A stretch of 64,000 nucleotides of DNA, from assembly GCA_963737265.1 (NCBI GenBank), contig CAVTRY010000011.1, forward strand, positions 640,001 to 704,000, written 5' to 3'. This DNA is from an uncultured delta proteobacterium. GTDB taxonomy: Bacteria; Myxococcota_A; Polyangia; Fen-1088. Below are positions 58,587 through 64,000 of this stretch, one piece after another. Under the pieces are notes generated by a model. The model did not search any database. It saw only the letters and a list, made by a program, of their open reading frames with translations, and was not told the DNA's origin. The number at the start of each line of letters is the position of its first letter. Position 1 is the first letter of the stretch. Made by a program: the position numbers and the translations under genes.

Positions 58587-60932
58587 CTATTGAATCGAAA
58601 CGGCCGTGGATGAGCTCGTTGCGACGGGGCCGAACCGCACCCACAACACCTTGTTCGCCGCATCGTAGAACCAACCCTCTGTTGTTGGGAAGGCCGTCGA
58701 CATCGCGATGGCCTTGCCGTCGCGGGTCACCGTCGTCGGCGCCGTCGCCCATCCGGGGAATTCGAGCACGTACGCCCTCTGGCAAAGCTGGCCGGCAAAC
58801 GAGGTCTGCGCCTGCTGCGCGCCGATCGTAACGACCTCGGCGCCGGAGGTGTTGTCGCTGGTGAACAGGGTCGTGGAGAACGCGCCGTTCTGATATCCCT
58901 CGCTGATCCCGTCGTCTTCGTAGAACAGGTTCGTCGTCTTGCCGGACGGGTAGATCCGAAGCGTCAGCGGGTTGTTCGGGACGTCGTCGGTCCAGTGAAC
59001 CTTGGGTGCGCCGGGATATTCGGCGATCATCGGGATGATCGACCCCGCGCGCGCGAAGATCGGTTCCTGATCGATGGCTGCTCCGATGTTGGGGGCGGAA
59101 CCCGTATACGGCTTGTTCGTCCACCAATGGATCCAGGAACCCGCCGGCAGCGCGACGCTTGCCGTCGTCGCGCCCATCGTCGACATGATGTGGACGAGCA
59201 GCGTGTTGGAGCCGTCACCGACCAGCATATCCGCGTTTCCGTTCGTGAACGAGACGGGATAGGTGAACTTGCCCGCGGCCGCGTGATAGGCGGCCTGCCC
59301 GTTGTTGTAACGGAACGGCAGCAGCCGATAACGAAGCTGGTTGTACGTCTCAATGAGCTGCTGCGCCTGCGCCGAGAAGTGCCACGGGAAGCGGTTGCCG
59401 CTGTTAGGAAGGGGGTTGGTCTTGGCGGCGAAGTACTCCTGTAGCGGGGTGAACGAGGAATATTCGGCCCACCGGATGTAGAGTTCGTCGGTCGGTGTCC
59501 CGTTATAAGCGCCGGTGTCGCCGCCCCAATACGCCGCCGAGTTCGTCGTGTTGAGCCTCGCGGCCGCGCTGATTTCGCTCAGCCAGCCCCCCGGCGAGGC
59601 GGTCTGGTCATCCGTCCACCACCCGGGGTACTGGTCGCTGCCGGGCGATGTCGCCTTGCCCATTACGAAACCGCGTGCGCTGCCGACCGTCTTCGCGACC
59701 GGGCTCAGCCCCATCGCCGCCTTTTGCGACATCTGGTACGCGGACTTGCGATACTGCAGCGTGTAGTTTTCGCCCGGGTTGGACGGCGTGCCGCCGGCGT
59801 TGATCGGCGAATTCTGCTGTGTGCTGGTCGTGTCCAGCTTGAAGAACTCGACCCCCATGTCGGAGATGTCTTTGTTGAGACCAGGCCCCTGCCACCAGGT
59901 GACCGTCGCCGGGTTGGTGAAGTCGAACGCCGCCGGATTCGTGTCGCCGTGCCAGCCGCCGCTGGTCGGTGCGGGCAGGCTGCCCTTCATCACGAAGTAC
60001 TTTTGGGTGACGCCGGTGCTGTAGAGGTTGCAACCGTGTCCCATCCACGGCCACTCCCAGACGCCGAAGTGGAAATTCATTTGGTTGAGCTGCGAGATCA
60101 TCGTTGCCGGACTCGTAAAGGCCTGGGGATCGAACTTGAAGCAAATATATTGCGAGCCGTCGGAGGCGTATACGTGCCAAAGCCAGCTCGAGTCGATCCA
60201 GAGCAGATCGCCCTCGTAGTCTGTGCGAAGCCGGGTGGCGTCGTCAACGACGTTGCCGTAGCCGGCGTAGTTCACCTGGTCGCCGTACGTGCCCCACAGC
60301 GTTCCGAATGCCCAGCGCGGCGGCAATACCGGATTTCCGGTGGGCGTTCCCGCCGCCACCGGGACTGCGGGGCCGCAGGTGCCCGCGCCGCTGCCACCTG
60401 CGCCGCTGCCACCCGTGCCGGGGACGCCACTGCCACCCGCGGGGGTGGCGCCGCTGCCTCCCGCCGGGGTGGCGCCGCTTCCACCTGCCGGGGTGGCGCC
60501 GCTGCCACCTGCCGGGGTGGCGCCGCTGCCTCCCGCCCCGCCGACGACGCTTCCACCTGCGGGGGTGGCGCCTTTGCCACCTGCCCCGGCGACGCCGCCG
60601 CCACCCGCGGGGCTGGCGCCGTTGCCACCCGAACCGACGATTCCGCCCCCTCCCGCGCCGGCGATGCCGCGACCACCCGTGCCGGTGGCAACGCCCGTAC
60701 CGCCAGTGTCGCCCGTGGAGCTCGACCCACCCGCTCCGGTCGTGTCTCCGCCCGCGCCGACGGCTCCTGTGCCGCCGCCGGTCCCGGCTCCAGCGCCGCC
60801 GATGGCGCCGGGGTTGGTCGTCTGATAAGCGCTGCAGGCGCCTGGGCCCGCCCCGAGGCTGGCAACCAGCAGCAGCCGCGCCATTCGTGTCCAGTTCGTG
60901 CTGTCTCGCATGAGGGGCTCCTTCATCGACAT
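58587..60932 (-). CDS. GH31 glycoside hydrolase lipoprotein with Gly-rich linker
   Basis: LPPRWAFG, WIDSSW, DFTNP, FFKLD, WGGDTG, ELYIRW, LRYRLLPF, IFARAGSIIP, YEDDGIS. Confidence 0.85.
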   Translation of the reverse strand: MSMKEPLMRDSTNWTRMARLLLVASLGAGPGACSAYQTTNPGAIGGAGAGTGGGTGAVGAGGDTTGAGGSSSTGDTGGTGVATGTGGRGIAGAGGGGIVGSGGNGASPAGGGGVAGAGGKGATPAGGSVVGGAGGSGATPAGGSGATPAGGSGATPAGGSGATPAGGSGVPGTGGSGAGGSGAGTCGPAVPVAAGTPTGNPVLPPRWAFGTLWGTYGDQVNYAGYGNVVDDATRLRTDYEGDLLWIDSSWLWHVYASDGSQYICFKFDPQAFTSPATMISQLNQMNFHFGVWEWPWMGHGCNLYSTGVTQKYFVMKGSLPAPTSGGWHGDTNPAAFDFTNPATVTWWQGPGLNKDISDMGVEFFKLDTTSTQQNSPINAGGTPSNPGENYTLQYRKSAYQMSQKAAMGLSPVAKTVGSARGFVMGKATSPGSDQYPGWWTDDQTASPGGWLSEISAAARLNTTNSAAYWGGDTGAYNGTPTDELYIRWAEYSSFTPLQEYFAAKTNPLPNSGNRFPWHFSAQAQQLIETYNQLRYRLLPFRYNNGQAAYHAAAGKFTYPVSFTNGNADMLVGDGSNTLLVHIMSTMGATTASVALPAGSWIHWWTNKPYTGSAPNIGAAIDQEPIFARAGSIIPMIAEYPGAPKVHWTDDVPNNPLTLRIYPSGKTTNLFYEDDGISEGYQNGAFSTTLFTSDNTSGAEVVTIGAQQAQTSFAGQLCQRAYVLEFPGWATAPTTVTRDGKAIAMSTAFPTTEGWFYDAANKVLWVRFGPVATSSSTAVSIQ

Positions 60933-61373
60933 GTCAAATCCTGGTCAGGTTGAGATCCGCCAGGCCAGCGCTGTCAAGTATTACGGGCTCGTCCATCGCC
61001 TCACTAGACGCGAAGGAGCCGAATGTGATCAAGGGAACGCCGGCCAACAGCCTCGAACAAGAATGCACTCGCCACGACAATCCTCCCAGATGGGGGGACC
61101 AATCCAGTGAATGGCGGGACTAAACTAGCCATTGCACGGAGGAATGTGGGGAAACAGCCCATAGCTTCAATCCGCAATCCGGTCAATCGAGACATCTTGA
61201 AAGCACCCATACGGCGCACTGTGCCTCACTGTCGAGCCTGGCGACTGAACATTGCTCACAGGCTGCATCGGTTACGCCCCTACACGCCACCACGCCGATC
61301 CCTGACATGGCGGCGCGTAGCTGGGCTCAACTCGCGAGCGCGGTACTCCGATACTCATAGATCGTACTGACCC

Positions 61374-62696
61374 ATGTGCAAACGGAGACGACCAATGACG
61401 CCGGCATCAACCGCCCCGCGGGCCTTTTCGCCCATTTTCGCCGTGCTGGCGGGCTTGTTTTGTGTCCTGGGGGCGTGCAATTTTGGATCCCTCGACTACC
61501 TGAAGGATGGTCACCGGCAAGATGGTGCCACGACTCCGAGCCCACCAAGCCAAGACACCGCGGTTTTCGATGCCATCCAATCGGACAGCTTGGCGAGCAG
61601 CGGGGTCGATGGCGCCGACAGCGGTGGTGGGGACTCGCCGGTGAAAACGCCGGATGCCGCGCCTCAAGAGGACGGAAGCGCGGGCGGAGTTCGGGACGTG
61701 GGCGCGAGCGTCGACGGCAAGGTGAACGATAGCGGCGCTTTCGACACTAGCGGAGACCAGCGTTTTACCGACGCTGCTGGTGGTACAACGGGATCCGGTG
61801 GCGGGGTTGGTATGGGCGGCACGGTCGGAACCGGCGGCAGCGCGGGCGTGGGCGGAAGCCTCGGTACGGGTGGGATCGTCGGCACCAGCGGCTCTATCGG
61901 CACCGGTGGCGGCGTGGGCTCGGGCGGAAGCCTCGGCACGGGTGGGATTGTCGGCACCAGCGGCTCTATCGGCACCGGCGGCGGCGTGGGCTCGGGCGGA
62001 AGCCCCGGCGCGGGTGGGACCGTCGGCACCGGCGGCGCGGTCGGCACCGGCGGCAGCATAGGCTCGGGCGGAAGCCTGGGCACAGGCGGGCTCACCGGCA
62101 CTGGCGGTGCCGGTGGAACGAGCGCGGCAGGCTGCGATACCACTGCTTCGACATTCTCGCAAACGACGACCTTCGCCGACCTGCCCGCGGTCACAGCCTA
62201 CTTTGGCACCGACCCGGGAGTTGGGTTTTCGACGACGGGACCAGCAGCAAACCCCACGCTCTGCGCAGCCGGCTGCGCAACCTATACCCTGGCATTCGTC
62301 GCGGGCACAGGCGCCTGGACAGCAGGCTCCGGCGTGGTTCACTGGTTTTCTCCGCTGACCAATCTGGTTGGTTCGACTCTCACCTATTCCATGGCCGTCG
62401 ACAATCCAGGCGTGCCCCTTCAGGTCCAGTCCTTCGCAATTGGCGATGCGAGCACGAGCTCGGCCTGGAGCCAACCGGCGCAGCTACTGGGTACGGATTT
62501 GGTGCCCTACGGCGGCGCGAATGGGCTTAAGGACTTCAGTCTGGAAATTGCCGATCACGCTATTCCCGGCCAGGGCACCTTCTGCGCGTCGGCCGCCGCG
62601 GGTATTGGCATGTATTTGCAGAGCGCGGACGCCATCACCACCTCGAACGCAGGAACCGTGACGGTGTACATCGGCAAAGTCTCGATTGGGCCGTAG
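61374..62696 (+). CDS. Gly/Thr-repeat lipoprotein of unknown function
   Basis: LGAC lipobox, GTGG repeats, beta-rich C-terminal domain. Confidence 0.65.
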   Translation: MCKRRRPMTPASTAPRAFSPIFAVLAGLFCVLGACNFGSLDYLKDGHRQDGATTPSPPSQDTAVFDAIQSDSLASSGVDGADSGGGDSPVKTPDAAPQEDGSAGGVRDVGASVDGKVNDSGAFDTSGDQRFTDAAGGTTGSGGGVGMGGTVGTGGSAGVGGSLGTGGIVGTSGSIGTGGGVGSGGSLGTGGIVGTSGSIGTGGGVGSGGSPGAGGTVGTGGAVGTGGSIGSGGSLGTGGLTGTGGAGGTSAAGCDTTASTFSQTTTFADLPAVTAYFGTDPGVGFSTTGPAANPTLCAAGCATYTLAFVAGTGAWTAGSGVVHWFSPLTNLVGSTLTYSMAVDNPGVPLQVQSFAIGDASTSSAWSQPAQLLGTDLVPYGGANGLKDFSLEIADHAIPGQGTFCASAAAGIGMYLQSADAITTSNAGTVTVYIGKVSIGP

Positions 62697-62868
62697 TCTT
62701 CGGGCAGCTTTTGCCCGTTTCGTTTCATCCGGGACCCGGTGAGTCTCCTTTGATCCCGGGCAGACGACGAATTTCCGTGCGGCGCGGTCAACGGATGGTA
62801 AGGTTGGGGCACAATCGGCGGCACGTGATCCGCAGGTCAGAATGAACTGTCAAAAGGAGGCGCCAACT

Positions 62869-63027
62869 ATGAAGTGGGAACAGCCGGTGCTCATCGAGAT
62901 CGCAATGAACGCAGAAATCGGAGGATATCAGTCTGATTCGGGCGACGAGGTTCCGCCGGGTCCGCGTGGCCCGGTGCTGGAAGCCGGGTCGGCCGACACC
63001 AAAGACGGCGCGACGAACGTCTCCTGA
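62869..63027 (+). CDS. pqqA: PqqA-like precursor peptide (52 aa)
   Basis: RBS AAGGAGG; MKWEQP leader and ExxxY core (EIGGY); directly upstream of pqqB. Confidence 0.75.
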   Translation: MKWEQPVLIEIAMNAEIGGYQSDSGDEVPPGPRGPVLEAGSADTKDGATNVS

Positions 63028-63046
63028 CCCCCAAGGCGATTGGCCG

Positions 63047-63958
63047 TTGCGCATTCGAGTCCTCGGCTCCGCAGCCGGCGGCGGTTTCCCGCAGTGGAAC
63101 TGCGGTTGTTCCAACTGTCAGGGGCTGCGCTCGGGATCCTTGCTAAGTGTGGCCCGCCGGCAGGAGTCGGTCGCGGTCAGCGCGGACGGCGATGCCTGGT
63201 ATTTATTAAACGCCTCGCCCGAGATCCGCGAGCAGATAGGGAGTCTTCCGCCCTTGTGGCCGCGGCAAGCGCGGCATTCCCCTATCGCCGGCATCGTGCT
63301 GACGAACGGCGATCTGGACCACTGCCTGGGACTTCTGTCGTTGCGCGAGTCGCACCCGATTATCATTTACGCGACAGACGCGGTTCGGACGGGCTTTACC
63401 GATGGCAACGTGCTGTACCGAACACTTGAGCGCTTCGATGGTCAGGCCACCTGGCGTGTCTTGTCTCTCGGCGTTTCGCGTGTCCTGGGAGGGGACGACA
63501 GTTCGCTTTCCATCACGGCGTTCGCAGTGCCGGGCAAGCGGCCGATTCACCTGGAAGGGCGCGGCCAGCCCAGCGACGAAGACAATGTGGGGCTTTTGCT
63601 TCGGGATCGCACGACTAAGCGTACTTTCGCATACGTCCCCGCGGCGGCGACCTGGACCGCCGCGCTTGACCGGATGCTGGCCGAGGTTGACGTCGTGTTC
63701 TTCGATGGCACGTTCTGGTCCAGCGACGAGCTGCTCTCGGCCGGAGTCGGCGAGAAGCGCGCCGAGGACATGGCCCACTTGCCGGTGGGTGGTGAGGCGG
63801 GCAGTCTTTCCCAGCTGCGCCGACTGTCCGCCGCACGACGGGTTTTGATTCACATCAACAACACCAACCCGCTTTTGCGAGAGGACTCGCCCGAGCGCGC
63901 CGAGGCCACCGCGGCGGGGATCGAGATCGCGTTCGACGGCATGGAGATCGCGCTTTGA
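63047..63958 (+). CDS. pqqB: PQQ biosynthesis protein PqqB
   Basis: RVLGSAAGGGFPQWNCGC, LLNASPEI, DLDHCLGL, FDGTFW, LIHINNTNP. Confidence 0.95.
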   Translation: MRIRVLGSAAGGGFPQWNCGCSNCQGLRSGSLLSVARRQESVAVSADGDAWYLLNASPEIREQIGSLPPLWPRQARHSPIAGIVLTNGDLDHCLGLLSLRESHPIIIYATDAVRTGFTDGNVLYRTLERFDGQATWRVLSLGVSRVLGGDDSSLSITAFAVPGKRPIHLEGRGQPSDEDNVGLLLRDRTTKRTFAYVPAAATWTAALDRMLAEVDVVFFDGTFWSSDELLSAGVGEKRAEDMAHLPVGGEAGSLSQLRRLSAARRVLIHINNTNPLLREDSPERAEATAAGIEIAFDGMEIAL

Positions 63959-64000
63959 CCGGCGCTGCTAGGGCAAGCGTGGGCGATCGCGGCTCGCTGC

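Noticed and set aside
60380-62120. Tandem DNA repeats in Gly-rich regions
   Set aside because: These are coding low-complexity linkers (GATPAGGS, GTGG) of lipoproteins.

Overview
GC-rich bacterial DNA, most likely Myxococcota (Polyangia-like). This is inferred from the Gly/Thr-linker lipoproteins, Cys-rich surface proteins and a GH9-CBM3 cellulase. A housekeeping backbone (secF-secD-yajC, epmA-efp, a KamA/EpmB radical SAM gene, hrpB, IHF/HU, accA, miaA, mutL, pqqA-pqqB) is mixed with carbohydrate-active enzymes and sulfatases. Two accessory regions stand out. (1) At 23.3-33.0 kb the GH9/hrpB convergent junction is present in three direct copies. IS91/ISCR-like transposase C-termini and oriIS-like ends follow the first two copies, and the copies bracket two cargo blocks: an orphan BrxL-like Lon protease operon, and DoxX/chrA/DHFR plus a RES-type toxin-antitoxin pair. 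The layout resembles ISCR1 complex integrons but is anchored on host genes. (2) At 41.2-56.5 kb there are six whole or partial copies of a RAYT-like HUH/Y1 transposase. They sit among patchwork short-repeat arrays sharing the core TCCGAGGGT, with an IS21 inserted in one repeat, secreted-protein cargo, and TA modules at both edges. Several single-base frameshifts, including one in secD, suggest sequencing indels. All family calls come from motif recognition and recall, with no database searches.
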